Of a DNA stretch of 64,000 nt, positions 35,651 through 48,744 are shown piece by piece. Each line of letters opens with the position of its first letter. Position 1 is the stretch's first letter. The stretch comes from Ostrea edulis. Its lineage: Eukaryota. The position numbers and the translations under genes are program-made. The notes beneath the pieces were generated by a model, which had not been told where the DNA came from, made no database searches, and saw only the letters and a program-made list of their open reading frames with translations. The stretch covers positions 1,984,001-2,048,000 of the forward strand of contig NC_079169.1 of the NCBI RefSeq assembly GCF_947568905.1. The letters are read 5' to 3'.

Positions 35651-36160
35651 ATGGGTCTCATTCAAAGCTGCTTAGCTAAACGTAACAAAGTGGGTGTATC
35701 CGAGACGGACGAGACAGAGGCGTATGGAACAGTGCAACAGTCCACGGTAGTAGATGCGAAAGGGGGAGTGACATTTGATGTGACTTTCGAAACCACGGGG
35801 CCGGGGAAATCTAGGACTCCACAGTTTCTGTTCGTTAACAATCAAAAGGAGGATAACTTTGAAGAATGGCGAGGTAATCATCTCTTTAAAACCGAATAGT
35901 GAAAATCATAGCATAATGTTGATTTATTAATTTCATCATCATTATCATTTATAAAAAAAATATTTCATGCAGAAAACCAAGAGAGAATGCAAGAGGAGAA
36001 ACAGTCACGTGCCAAGGAGAAAAGACACGAGGTTCGAGTCCTGAAACAGATCGAGATGGCGCACAGAGAGATGGACAGATTAGAGAAATTTATACCCTTG
36101 TCAAATCTATCAGATGAACAGCAAAGAGAGAATCTGGATGCTGGAAATAAGAACGTTTGA
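35651..36160 (+). CDS. Two-exon 136-aa protein with N-myristoylation consensus and stathmin-like coiled coil, copy B
   Basis: Exon 1 35651-35873 (ATG...CGA G|gtaatc), exon 2 35973-36160 (catgcag|AA AAC...TGA); 411 nt open frame; AATAAA at 36252. N-terminus MGLIQSCLAKRNK (G2, S6, C7, basic patch). GGVTFDVTF and EKRHEVRVLKQIE resemble stathmin motifs (recognised by eye). Confidence 0.7.
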
Positions 36161-36328
36161 TGCATTGTACACTATAGCGTTATTCTTGCAGAGAGTAATT
36201 TTTGTTCCATGGCAATAGGAGTAATGAATCTTTATGATGTAAGCAACCACAAATAAAAAACAAAAAATCAGAACGTTTTCTGGTATCGTTCTTTTCAATA
36301 TCGTAAAAAATTATTCCAGCAGTCGGTA

Positions 36329-36419
36329 GCTGCAGAACTGTAGCTCTCTAAAAAAATATTTTGACATAATATCTCTGTTATATTAAAATATTTTTTTCAG
36401 AGAGCTACAGTTCTGCAGC
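36329..36419. mobile_element. 91-bp TA-flanked mini-MITE
   Basis: GCTGCAGAACTGTAGCTCTCT...AGAGAGCTACAGTTCTGCAGC; absent from the homologous left arm (~33610). Confidence 0.78.
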
Positions 36420-37014
36420 TAAGCAATCAGTTACTATATAACGTAGTGGTTAGGAGGCTCATGCTTCACAACGCGCCAGTTTTTTTTTTTTATTTTCAGT
36501 TCTTGTGCCAACAATATCACTTGGGCACAGAGGCTTCTTATCCATTTGTTCCCGATCGAGATATTTATATATATATTGAGAACAAAATGGATAAGAAGCC
36601 CCTGTGGCTTGGGTTCGAATTTACTATATATTAAAGAGTCATGGTACTTTTTTTTCAATATGCGTCAAATCTAAGGCGTTCAACATAATGCACTTGGCAT
36701 TTGGATATGTCACACAGAAAGACTAAGATATATGACTTATAAAATAGTTATGATCTATTTTGGCAAAACTACAATATATACACATAATATCTGTACCGCC
36801 GCGGTAGTCTAGAGCTAGTACGTTCGCCCCGCATGCAGGAGGTCGGTTCGAATCCCGGTCGCGACAGACCGAATTAAGTCGTTAAAACAGGTAGTGACAG
36901 TTCCATCGCCAAACGCTCGGCATCAGGTGCAATAGTCCTTGGAGATGACCTTAAAGGGTTTAAACGGATGTCTTATGTCACAGTTGGTGTTGCATGCTAA
37001 AAAAAACTTCACTG

Positions 37015-40000
37015 CCCTTACCAAAATATAAGCCCTCTGGCACACAGTTGCTGCAAATTTGCCGCAACTAGTTGCGGCACATTTGCCGCAAGTATACTTT
37101 TCGTATGCAAATTTTTCCTCTGGCACACAGTTTGTGGCACACACTTGCTGCACACTTCTGGCACAGTGTGCGGCATATTTGCCGCAAGTATACTTTTCGT
37201 ATGCAAATTTTTCCTCTGGCACACAGTTTGCAGCAAACTTGCGGCACACTTCTGGCACACAGTGTGCGGCATATTTGCCGCAAGTATACTTTTCGTATGC
37301 AAATTTTTCCTCTAGCACACAGTTTGCGGCAAACTTGCGGCACGCTCTTGCTGCACACTTCTGGCACACAGTTTGCGGCAAACTTGCGGCACACTTTTGG
37401 CACTATCTGCTTGAAATTAAGGGATCCTATATAAACTGTCATATTACAAAACAAAAACACAATAATAATTCAATTAATATAATTTCAAGAACAATGACAT
37501 ATCAAGTAATTAACATATTCAAAAATACTAATTAAAAAAAAGAGAGATTCAAAAACAGAAATGACCAGGTTCTTGTAAAATATGTTATCTATCATAGGAA
37601 CAACAGTAGAAACATACTGGAAAAATGACAAATTAAATGTAGAATTTTTCAACAACAAAAAAAAAAAGAGAGAAACATTTTTAAAATGTTAGATGTAAAT
37701 CTTCAATGTTTTTATAACATCTATAATGTACAGGGTTTGGAAAATGTTAAGTAAAAGATGAGTTGGTTACATAAAGTACCATGCTTAAAAAATGACCAAG
37801 TTCAACTTCACCATGCACATGTAAATTTTTCAAAGAATGCCTGATCACTTCCGAAAAGACACATGCACATTTACAATGCTTCCATAACAGCTGTTCAAGG
37901 TCTGAAGAATGTCAAATAAATGCTGTAAGAGGAGTTGATTACAAAAAATAGGTACCAACTATTCAGGAAATGCTTTATAAAAATGACAAAGTTCAACTAA
38001 ATGTAATTTTTTTGAAAAAAGTCTGATCACTTTCAAAAAGACACATGCACATCTTCAATGTGTCCATAACTACTGTACAAAGTTTGAGGAATATCAATTT
38101 AGACGTGCACGAGTTGATCACACAAAATAGGTACCATCTATTCAAGAAATGCATAAAAAAATAACAAGTTCAACTACACGTAATTAAAAAAAAAAAAAAG
38201 TCTAATCATTTTCAAAAAGACACATGCACATCTTCAATGTGTTCATAACAACTGTACAAATTTTAAGGAATGTCAAGTTAGAGGTGCATGAAGATTTGAT
38301 TACACAAAATAGTTACCATCTATTCAAGAAATGCTTTAAAATGACTTAAGTTCAACTACATGTACATTTTTTTTTTTAAAATGTCTGATCACTTTCAAAA
38401 ACACATATGCACATCTTCAATGTATTCATAACAACTGTACACAGTTTGAGGAATGTCAAATTAGAGGTATACGAGGAGTTGATTACACAAAATAGATACT
38501 GTCGATTAAAGAAATGCTTAAAAAATGAGGAAGTTTAACTACATGTAAATTTTTCAAAAAATGTCTGATCACTTTCAAAAAGGTACACGCACATCTTCGA
38601 TGTATCCCTAACAACTGTACAAAGTTTGAGGAACATCAAGTGAGAGGTGTGAAAGGAGTTGATTACACAAAGTAGGTACTATTACAGGGACGCTATTGTC
38701 GCTTGCCCACCAGTCATTCAGCATTTTATAAACTGTTTGCACATTGTGCAACCCGACCAAAAATATAAAATATAATTATAACAAGATGTGAGAGAAAACT
38801 TAAAGAAACTGCAACAGCTTCTAATCCACAAATATTGCATTGTGCAATGTTAAAAAGTTCTCGGTGAAGTCCCACCCTGGCCATGAGAGTACATTTTATT
38901 TGGAAACTGCTGCATAAAGAATTTCTTTCAAGATCGAAGAGAAAAATATCAACCCACTGTGGCACTTTTCTGGCCTAAGGTCAGGTTGTGATTTAAATAG
39001 ATTTGTGAATTTTGGCCGTTTTAGATCAATCAAGTCAAATGAAAGTTTTAAAAAAATAAAATCCTTATTAAACTAGCAAGTGCTATACAAATGATGCTAT
39101 AAATGATAGAATTGTATATACAATTAAGACAAAGGAGTTGACATAATCTTAAGGACATGTAATTAAAAAGGAGGTCTATCATTTGCATAACATGACTATG
39201 TGCATTGTGCATCAATATAAACAGGTTTCAGCAACATTTGCAGACAAGAATGAAATATATTCAAAATTCACACATGTGAACTATGCACTTTTCCTCAGAA
39301 AAATCTGGAGACAATCTACATGAATTTTAAAGTCAGTACTTTTGAGTACTGTGAAGGACTTTATATTCTGATAAATTAATACAGACTTGTGGGCCCTTAT
39401 TAGGGAGAACACTGTAAACATTTACACAAGTTTCTCCATCATAGAGGTCAGAATGGGAGAATAATAGGACTATCTCCATGCTGTCTGCGCCTTAGAATCA
39501 AAAACATGATTGAATTCTGGACCTTCTTCTAATCTTCCACTTGTTCAGTACTTGGTCATCACAATCACATATTGTCCGCAACAACTCTACTGTCCCATCC
39601 ATTTGTTGTGATAAACTGTAAATAGTTTTTCGGTTAAGACATGACAGAGTGCCTTTACTCACAAATACATGTAGCAGTGTCATCAGATTCACTTGGCAAG
39701 TGTGTATAAATTGAAATGTCATTCTTTTTTTAAAACTAAATAACACTAAGTAACTTCATTAGTGATTTATACACATTAATCCAGGCCTGCATGTTGGAAC
39801 TCTCAGATATGGCAAGTTGAAGACAGCCTATCAACACACCATCACAACTTCTGTATCTTCACGACTATCATGAAATATATTCTGAAAAAGATATAAAATT
39901 GTAAATAATTACGAGATACCATTGGCCGTCCTATATACAAGTTTGCAAGGCGTCTAACATAGGAGGAATCATTCAGGGGTGTGTACATGTAATTACCGTC

Positions 40001-41137
40001 GCCCGACACCTGGGGCCACCGATTTTCAAAGCCGAGAAATAATCAATGTTGCTTTATAGCCCATTGGGCTAATAAATGCAATATTTGATGTACAACTGTT
40101 AATATCATGCTGACCAGACTTTACGTACAAATTAACTTTATTGCCAAGACAAGATCTTCAATCCATTTTAATAACGTATATGCATTGATGGAGTGACAAA
40201 ATTGAGATTCTGGAGGTCACATCCCTGATCATAATGCAGTTTAACTTTTCTAACTGGACATCTGGGTTCAAATCATAAGCATTTGAATAAAAAAAATAAT
40301 CAACCATTCATTAAAAAACACCATTTACTGAATAAACTATTCAGTTTTGAAAATATAACCCGAGTAGAAAGTAAACAAAAAATAGCATAATTATTACGGA
40401 AATAGGCCTAATTATTTGTTTGTTTTTCGGCCTTTTCCCCTCTCTCTCCATTTTTTTTAAAGTGCCTATATGGTCCTGTCCAAATGTATAAGAAAAAAAA
40501 AATCCGCGATGGCTACGATAATGCAACTAGAAGGAGTATAATCTATTTTCATACAAAGGAAATTTAAAAAAAAAAAAAATTCCACATAATTTCAAAGAAT
40601 TGAATGAAGAATGTAAATTTATAAACGTAAACACTGACTTAAGATTTGACGCAACAACATACAATGTCATAGCGATGGTCAGTTTCGTTTTGAACAATAT
40701 ATTACAGAGTTTATAACTATAAGATACACAGTAAATCACTTACTCAATGATTGGAAGATTCTCCTCAGAATATCTGCATCAACTCCTGTTCTCGATTCAT
40801 GTTCAAGATGTTTACCGGTATAACATCATGGCGTCTGTTGATATCAACTTTCGCGCTCAGCATATAATATTGAGTGAATCCCACACCCGACGCATTGAAC
40901 CCGATCTCTATTTGCGATGCATAGAACCGTAAAGCTCCATGAAGACCTACTTTGGTATACAGCTTAGATTATTCTAACTTAGTATCAATTAGCATTCCAC
41001 ACACCAGAATAACGTACCTGGATAAATTATACGATATAAAGGTGAATTTTTACCACTCTCATTTGATTAATTTCAACTCACAAATCCAGTATCTGAATTG
41101 TAATCAATGTTCAGATATACATGTAAATAAAGAAAAG

Positions 41138-41186
<49 letters not shown>

Positions 41187-42260
41187 GATTTAGATATAGA
41201 TATTTTTTCTTCACTTTTTTTTTTCTAATTAGATTAAAATTCAGATAACTGTGCACTTACATCTTATTTTAAAGGGGCATTAGCTGTGAAAGTGATGACA
41301 ACCATTTTCTTTTTTTCAAAATCTCGAGATGATATTGAAATACATATTGATGACTAATAAGAACATTTATTTTTTATTATGTACAAAAACAAGAGAATTG
41401 ACCCTAATAAAACTACGTTAGATAACCGCTTTTAATGTAAAGAAATATATACGGAAGATGTATTCACTGCACCCAAATCAAATCATTTCTCAAATAAAAA
41501 CAAAAACAGCATTTACATTTTGCTGACAGCATGCAAAGGTAACTAAAGAATAATTATACTGTCTTGCAAGACAATAATATTCAATCACCAAAATCACATA
41601 TTCATTTAGAGGTTAAAAGGTGTTTGAAATAATTAAATACAAGTGTAATTATTACTTTAATATATAATAACTATTATAGGGCAACTTTCATTGAATTCAA
41701 TATTTGGTGACAAAATGACCGCTAATTCCCATTAATAAGACAAGAAGATGGAAGGGGTACGCAAGAAATGTTGCATATATGTTCTATTATAGAAAATGTT
41801 GTGATGGATATATTGAAATGGCTCTTTTATTCTAATTATTCAAGAAAAGTCGTGAACTTTGGTGTCCTTGCTGTTTCAGTTCTAAAATTTTAAGGAAAAA
41901 GTTGTGAACTTCCGGCACACGATTCTGAATACCAAAGAAAAAATTGTGGTGCACTTCTGGCACACAGTTTTGATTCTGAATACTAAAGAAAAAGTTGTGG
42001 TGCACTTCTGGCACACAGTTTTGATTCTGAATACCAAAGAAAAAGTTGTGGTGCACTTCTGGCACACTGTTTCATTTAGGAAAAGTTGTGGCGCACTTCT
42101 GGCACACTGTGCCACTAGTGGCACACTGTGTGCTGCTAGTGGCACACTGTATGCCGCTAGCGGCATTAGCTGCACACTTCTGGCAAACAGCTCTGGCACA
42201 CTGATTTGTTTGCCGCAAACTTGCGGCAAATTTGCAGCAAACTTTACATTTTGGTAAGGG
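37015..42260. mobile_element. 5.2-kb CACTA/EnSpm-like non-autonomous element nested in a SINE
   Basis: Termini CCCTTACCAAAAT...ATTTTGGTAAGGG; 2-bp TSD TG (37013-14, 42261-62); subterminal tandem repeats (37030-37400, 41900-42240); no transposase ORF seen. Confidence 0.72.
37770..38680. repeat. ~180-bp tandem repeat (5 copies) inside the CACTA-like element
   Basis: Recurring AAGTTCAACT...CTGATCACTTTCAAAAAGACACATGCACATCTTCAATG...GGAGTTGATTACACAAAA units. Confidence 0.85.
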
Positions 42261-43191
42261 TGCTCAATGGCCGTAAGCGCCGAGCATAGGCCTAAATTTG
42301 AAGCCGTTCACCGCTCTTGGTGACGTATCCATATGAGTGAAAAATTCTCGAGAGAGACGTAAAACAAGATACAACAATATATACACATAATATCTGAGTT
42401 TCAGTTTCCTTTGAAGAAGTTAAGAAAGTCTACAAGAACAACTTCAATCTTCACCGTAAGTTTATTTTGACCCCATGCAAATCCAAACAAATTTGTCCGA
42501 ATTTATCTTACAGGAGTGATCACACGGGTAAACGCGTTATCGGCTATTCGGTTTTCGGACATTCGGTTCAATGAGGTTGTATGTTTGGGAAACATAGGGT
42601 AAGTTCTTGCGTGGTTTTTATTGATAAAGACACATTCTATGCAGTGGTAATTGTAATACTACTTAGGTATATGATCATCCTTTCAACAGCTAAAAGCGCA
42701 CTTCAAAACACTTCCCATTTAAGAGATTAACAGCACTCACAATAGAAATTTCGTTATGTGTTCTGTAAAAATCTACCAAAAATGTGATACTAGAGCAGTA
42801 AAGAATTCTAAGGGATATTCATTTGCATTTTTAGTCTAAGATAATCCTTTAGAAAATGATAGATCCAAATAAACTTACAGTATGAGAACAGTAGAGTTTA
42901 TTAAAAACATCGGGTGAGATGAAAACATGTTATTGGCAATAAGGTAAATGTTATCGGAAACCTTTTCAGTATATGTTATCCGAAATAAGGTTTCCATCAA
43001 GTTTGAACATACCCTATACAGCATTAACATAACACTAAATTGGTGTTTTAGTGATAGAAAATTCGTGAAACTCGTGTTGTCAAGTGTCCGGAACGAAGTA
43101 ATAGAGACTTATAGTATTTGTATTTGCGTTGCGTCATCCTCATCTGCTGGGTAATGAGTTGATGGCTTTAGTTTTTCTGGTGACAATTTGC

Positions 43192-43437
43192 TTGATTGAT
43201 TGTATGGTGTTTAACGTCCCTCTCGAGAATGTTTCACTCATGTGGAGACGTTACCACTGCCGGTGAAGGGCTGTAAAATTTAGGCCTATGTTCGGCGCTT
43301 ACGGCCTTTGAGCAGGGAGGGATCTCTGTCGTGCCACATCTGCTGTGACACGGGACCTCGGTTTAAGCGGTCTCATCCGAAGGACCGCCCTGTGAGCAGG
43401 AGGTACTAAGGACCTACTTTAACCCGGAACCCCACGG
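43192..43437 (-). mobile_element. SINE, same subfamily as 11188-11454
   Basis: Sequence similarity along its length; (ATTG)n tail. Confidence 0.75.
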
Positions 43438-43711
43438 ACAATTGGTATATGTGTGATTAACTGTCAGTCAAAATAGTAAGCTAGTAGTACATGTAAGGTA
43501 TGGGACATTTATACTGGGAAAAGGGAGCTTGGACTGATGTCAAGTTATAAAATGATCGAGTAAAAAAAACCTTTTTCTTTCTTCTAAAAATGTGAAGTTT
43601 TGAAAACATTTCAAAAATCTAAGCTCTCATTGAGTCCGAGTGTATATTTTGTTTCAGTTACCATGGATGATTTCACGTGCTAATACTGTAGCCTATCGAC
43701 ATGTCATTTCG

Positions 43712-44745
43712 AATAATAGTAGAACATTGTACTGATAACCATCCCAATAGTAGAACATTGTACCGATAACCATCCCAATAGTAGAACATTGTACAGATAA
43801 CCACCCCAATAGTAGAACATTTTAACATTGTACCGATAACCGTCCCAATAGTAGAACATTGTACCGATAACCATCCCAATAGTAGAACATTGTACAGATA
43901 ACCATCTCAATAGTAGAACATCGTACCGATAACCGCCCCAATACTAGAACATTGTACCGATAACCGCCCCATAATAGAAAATTGTACCGATAACCGCCCC
44001 ATAATAGAACATTGTACCGATAGCCACCCCAATAGTAGAACATTGTACCGATAACCATCCCAATAGTAGAACATTGTACCGATAACCACCCCAATAGTAG
44101 AACATTGTAACATTGTACCGATAACCGCCCCAATAGTAGAACATTGTACCGATAACCGTCCCAATAGTAGAACATTGTACCGATAACCATCCCAATAGTA
44201 GAACATTTTAACATTGTACCGATAACCATCCCAATAGTAGAACATTGTACCGATAACCACCCCAATAGTAGAACATTGTACCGATAACCATCCCAATAGT
44301 AGAACATTGTACAGATAACCACCCCAATAGTAGAACATTGTACCGATAACCATCCCAATAGTAGAACATTTTAACATTGTACCGATAACCATCCCAATAG
44401 TAGAACATTGTACCGATAACCGTCCCAATAGTAGAACATTGTACCGATAACCACCCCAATAGTAGAACATTGTACCGATAACCACCCCAATAGTAGAACA
44501 TTGTACAGATAACCACCCCAATAGTAGAACATTGTACCGATAACCACCCCAATAGTAGAACATTGTACAGATAACCATCCCAATAGTAGAACACTGTACC
44601 GATAACCACCCCAATAGTAGAACATTGTAACATTGTACCCATAACCGTCCCAATAGTAGAACATTGTACCGATAACCATCTCAATAGTAGAACATTGTAC
44701 AGATAACCATCCCAGTAGTAGAACATGTACCGATAACCATCCCAA
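43712..44745. repeat. 31-bp minisatellite (~32 copies)
   Basis: CCCAATAGTAGAACATTGTACCGATAACCAT with occasional 9-bp inserts; it explains the repetitive minus-strand ORFs here. Confidence 0.95.
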
Positions 44746-44749
44746 TGAT

Positions 44750-45612
44750 GTTATCAAATACAGACAATAAGTCATGAATGATTTAACACGTGAAATATCA
44801 AGGCTACGCAATAAGAAAAAGGCAAAAACTTACCAGAGACACCCAAGCGAAAATACATGTGTATGTTACAGTAACCTATTAAGAACTATATCTAATGATA
44901 ATCACAATGTTTTACTAAGGAATGCTTACTTGGAAGATGTACACTTGGCTAGTGAAAATAAAAAATGCTGGCAAACTTGTATAAAATCAATACAAAAGAT
45001 GTTAAATGTTAACGTTGACACTGAATGTAAAATGTTTATTCCTAAACTTAAAAAATTCTTTGAAAATAAATTCTTTTCTGAACTTCAACATATTAACAAC
45101 ACTCAAAGTGGTAAGCTCTCATTTTATAGTACATTATTCAACCATGATGTTATGAAACTAGAAATCCAACCATATTTATGTCTTCCACTTCCTAAGAATT
45201 TAGTTTCTTATCTTACCAAATTAAGAATAAGTGCACATAAGTTGTATGTAGAAACAGGTCGATATTGTAATCCGGTCATTCCTAGAGAAAATAGATTTTG
45301 TTTTCATTGTCAAACTATTGTTGAAGATGAAAAACATTTTTTACTTGATTGTCCTGTGTATGAACATATTAGAAAAATGCATTCAAAACTACTAGATATT
45401 AATACCTTATTTTGTTTACTAAATCCACATAACCTTGTATCTACAAAACAAACCTGTCTATACATCAGAGACTGTTTTAATGTTAGAAATAAGTTTTCAA
45501 CAGTTTGATATTTTGTAATGTATCAATATATATGTGTATCTATGTATGGCTAACAACACATTCTTATATAATGTGCTTTAGTGCCAATAAAGAATTGAAA
45601 AATTGAAAAATA
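44750..45612 (+). mobile_element. 5'-truncated non-LTR retrotransposon (CR1/L2-group-like ORF2 C-terminus)
   Basis: ORF 44774-45508 contains KLRISAHKLYVETGRY...RFCFHCQTIVEDEKHFLLDCPVY, the typical post-RT C-terminal segment of these LINEs; short 3' UTR ending AATAAAGAATTGAAAAATTGAA. Confidence 0.8.
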
Positions 45613-45913
45613 TCTTGATAATTTACCTACCAAAGACCATTCCACGTGTAAATTAAATGTAACAATACTAATTCCTACATAGAATGTATAGTTGAAAAAC
45701 CCACGCACGAACATAAAACTAAATCGAGATGGACGGACAGGGATAAATATACGCCCCTTTCTCTATCGTGATCAAACCCTAACTTGATGATGTAGTCATT
45801 GTCTATCAGATGAGGACATGTTTTCTGACCATGCATAACATGCAAAATTCGGTATTTTACTTCCAAAAAAGAGACTTACTTATATATATATATATAGGAT
45901 GATTGCAAGGTAA

Positions 45914-45967
<54 letters not shown>

Positions 45968-46654
45968 CCCACTCGATGCGGTTGTACCGAGTTGTATTTT
46001 CCTGCCTTCCCCCTTTGCGTCAATTAGTGTAGGTCTTTTCCCCCCTTTGCTATTCATTCATGGATGGGTGTGTCTGGCGAGTGATTGTCTGGTCGTAACG
46101 TATGTGCTGATACTCTCCCTGATCAGTTCAGTACTGGCATTAATTGTAACTCAAAAGCCAACATGGTTGACAATGGAAAAATAATATCATAGGCGTAGCT
46201 TGGGTTGGAATATTACCGAGGCAGCCCCCCCCCCCCCCCCCCCCCCAGAAGCTATCGACATTTAACAACGTAAAAGGGTTTTTTTTTTTTTTTTTTTTTT
46301 TACCGAGGCAGCTGCCTCGGTTGCCTCAATGGAAGCTACGCCACTGAATATTCCTTCATAATTTAGAGATTTTGAAAAGCAGTCTTTGGGCAAAATCGTA
46401 ACTATTCTGTCCACTAGCTGCAGAGCTGTACCTCTCTGAGGAAATATTGGGACAGCCATTGCCCCCTATTTGGCACGGGTAAGTGCTAATTAAAAAAAAA
46501 TAACGAGTTTTAAGAAATCTTTAGGGGTTTAGATTGCAGGGGAAGTAATAACATTGAAATGGCTAAAGCTTCAGTAACTGTGCATGTAAGCAGTCATCTA
46601 AATTATGTTCAGGATCTAATGATAATTCCAGCAATATTGTGTCGGTATCTGAAG

Positions 46655-47570
46655 TAACAAAACTCCCATGGACCACATCGTTCAGCTGCATGGATCACCT
46701 TAATTGGCCCACATTTAAAGATTTCCCCTACATATTCGCATGTAAAACTTTTATCCCTCTTGTGACCCCAACCTCCCCTCCCCCAGGGGGCCATGATTTT
46801 TACGCATTTGAATCTGCACTATATCGTGAAGCTTTCATACAAATTTAAACTTTTCTGGTCCAGTGGTTTTTGAGATTTTTAAAAGATTTCCCCTTTCTAT
46901 TCCCATGTAAATCTTTGATTCCCTATTGTGACCCCACCCTACTCCCGGGGGTCATGGTTTAAACCATGAATCTGCATTATGTCAGGAAGCTTTCATGTAA
47001 ATATAAAGTTTTCTGATACAGGGGTTCTTGAGAAGATTTGTAAAGATTTTTATCTATTTATTAGTTATGTAAAACTTTGATCCCCTATTGTGGCCCCATC
47101 CTACCCCTGGGGCCCTGATTTTAACAAACTTGAATCTGCACTGTGTCAGGAATCTTTCATGTTTACAAATTTGTACTTTGCTGGCCCAATGGTTCTTGAG
47201 AAGATTTTAAAAGATTTTCCCTATATATTTGCATGTAAATCTTTGATCCCTTATTGTGGCCCCACCCTACCCCCAGGGGCCAGGATTTTAACAAATATGT
47301 CAGGAACCTTTCATATGAATTTCAGCTCTTCTGGTCCAGTGGTTCTTTAGAAGATTTTTAAATGACCCCACCCTATTTTTGCATTTTTGTGATTATATCC
47401 CCTTTGAAGGGACATGGCCCTTCATTCGAACTAACTTGAAAGCCCTTTTCCCAATGATGCTTTTTGCCAAGTTTGGTTGAAATTGGCCCAACGGTTCTGG
47501 AAAAGAAGAGTTTACAGACGGATGGACCGACAGACGACGGACAAAAGGTGATCAGAAAAGTTCACTCGTA
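46655..47570 (-). mobile_element. HINE-like element
   Basis: GACG/GACA microsatellite near 47515-47540, internal ~150-bp repeats, similarity to 51606-52230. Confidence 0.6.
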
Positions 47571-47879
47571 ATTTTACAGTTTGAAGACACAAATTTACCA
47601 TTCTCAATGAATAAAAAGAAATTTGATTTGTAGTAAATAGTCGATGATGACATTGGCTAAAATATTTTTTTTGACTTCTCATCGGGATCGTTGTTCAAAA
47701 TAAAATTAACCAATGAAAAATCAGCATTTGACAAGTATCGTCTATCGAAGTAAATATTGTATTTTATTTGTATGACTAAGAGTAAGATTGTTATTGGCTA
47801 GCCTACTTCGATAAAAATCCCAATTCATATAGTTACAGGTTAAGTTATTATTCTGGCCCAGAATGATTGAGACAATATT

Positions 47880-47948
47880 TCACCTTTGACTAGGTCTCTT
47901 CTGAGACAACACAAGTGGAAGGGTGTGTTGATCATCAGATATACACAG
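47880..47948 (+). other. Possible non-coding first exon of SCYL2
   Basis: The ATG exon starts right after an acceptor (catcag at 48741), so an upstream 5' UTR exon is expected. CAG|GTAAAG at 47948 is a candidate donor only. Confidence 0.25.
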
Positions 47949-48744
47949 GTAAAGTCGTTTCCTTCTCCCAGTGTTCATACAGATGTGATTCGTGTCTTAA
48001 TATGGATATACGGTGTCACCGTTGAACCGAGCGAAACATGAAATGGCCATTGGTGTAGTCCAAGTGATAATCAATTGATAATTCTGTACTAAAAATATAT
48101 ATGTTATTTATGAAATTCCCCTTGCGCTAATCTAGATATTAAAGGGGGAATATAGAAGGATGTCTACATGCTCCGCCTTTTCATTTGATGCGGGGAATTT
48201 AACACCAGCCAACGTAAACCGTGCATTGTGACGTCATATTTAGTCTCAACATTTTTTTCTCTTTCAAATTAACACAAGTGGAAGTTAATACATGTATACA
48301 GAATTAACGCACAAAGTTAAATTGGTTAAAAAGTAAGCGTATATATATCGAATATTTTTATTTAAAGAAACTCGTGAACTCGTTCATCCATTTTAGTTGT
48401 ATTACTGTTTTTTTAAAATTATTTGCTAAAAACTCTTACCCTACAGTAATAATATCATTAATTTTTAACAAATTGAGTGTTTGAATTACAAATTGCACAT
48501 CAGAGTGTTGTATATTTTGGCATTCAAACTGGAAATGGATCACAAAATTTTCATTAAAAATGTATGTAGAAATTATCTTCATTCTTTGCTGATTTTATCA
48601 TTTTTTTTCTTTTTACGTAAGTGTTACCTTTTACACTGTCTTTTTTTTTTTTTCTTTTTTTTTTTTTACACTGTACCATTTTTAAGATTATTTTATTATT
48701 ACTATTTCTTTTTTTACATTGCCTTCTTTGTTAATCATCAGAAA

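Larger units (their letters stand above)
36794..42373 (+). mobile_element. tRNA-headed SINE split by the CACTA-like insertion
   Basis: 5' half 36794-37014 and 3' half 42263-42373 join into a copy of the 17762-18109 SINE; 23-bp TSD ACAATATATACACATAATATCTG at 36771-36793 and 42374-42396. Confidence 0.85.

Noticed and set aside
36923-37535. Cys-rich ORFs on both strands
   Set aside because: They are subterminal repeats of the CACTA-like element.
43673-44811. Multiple long minus-strand ORFs up to 248 aa
   Set aside because: They are products of the 31-bp tandem repeat, with open frames in several phases and no domain.
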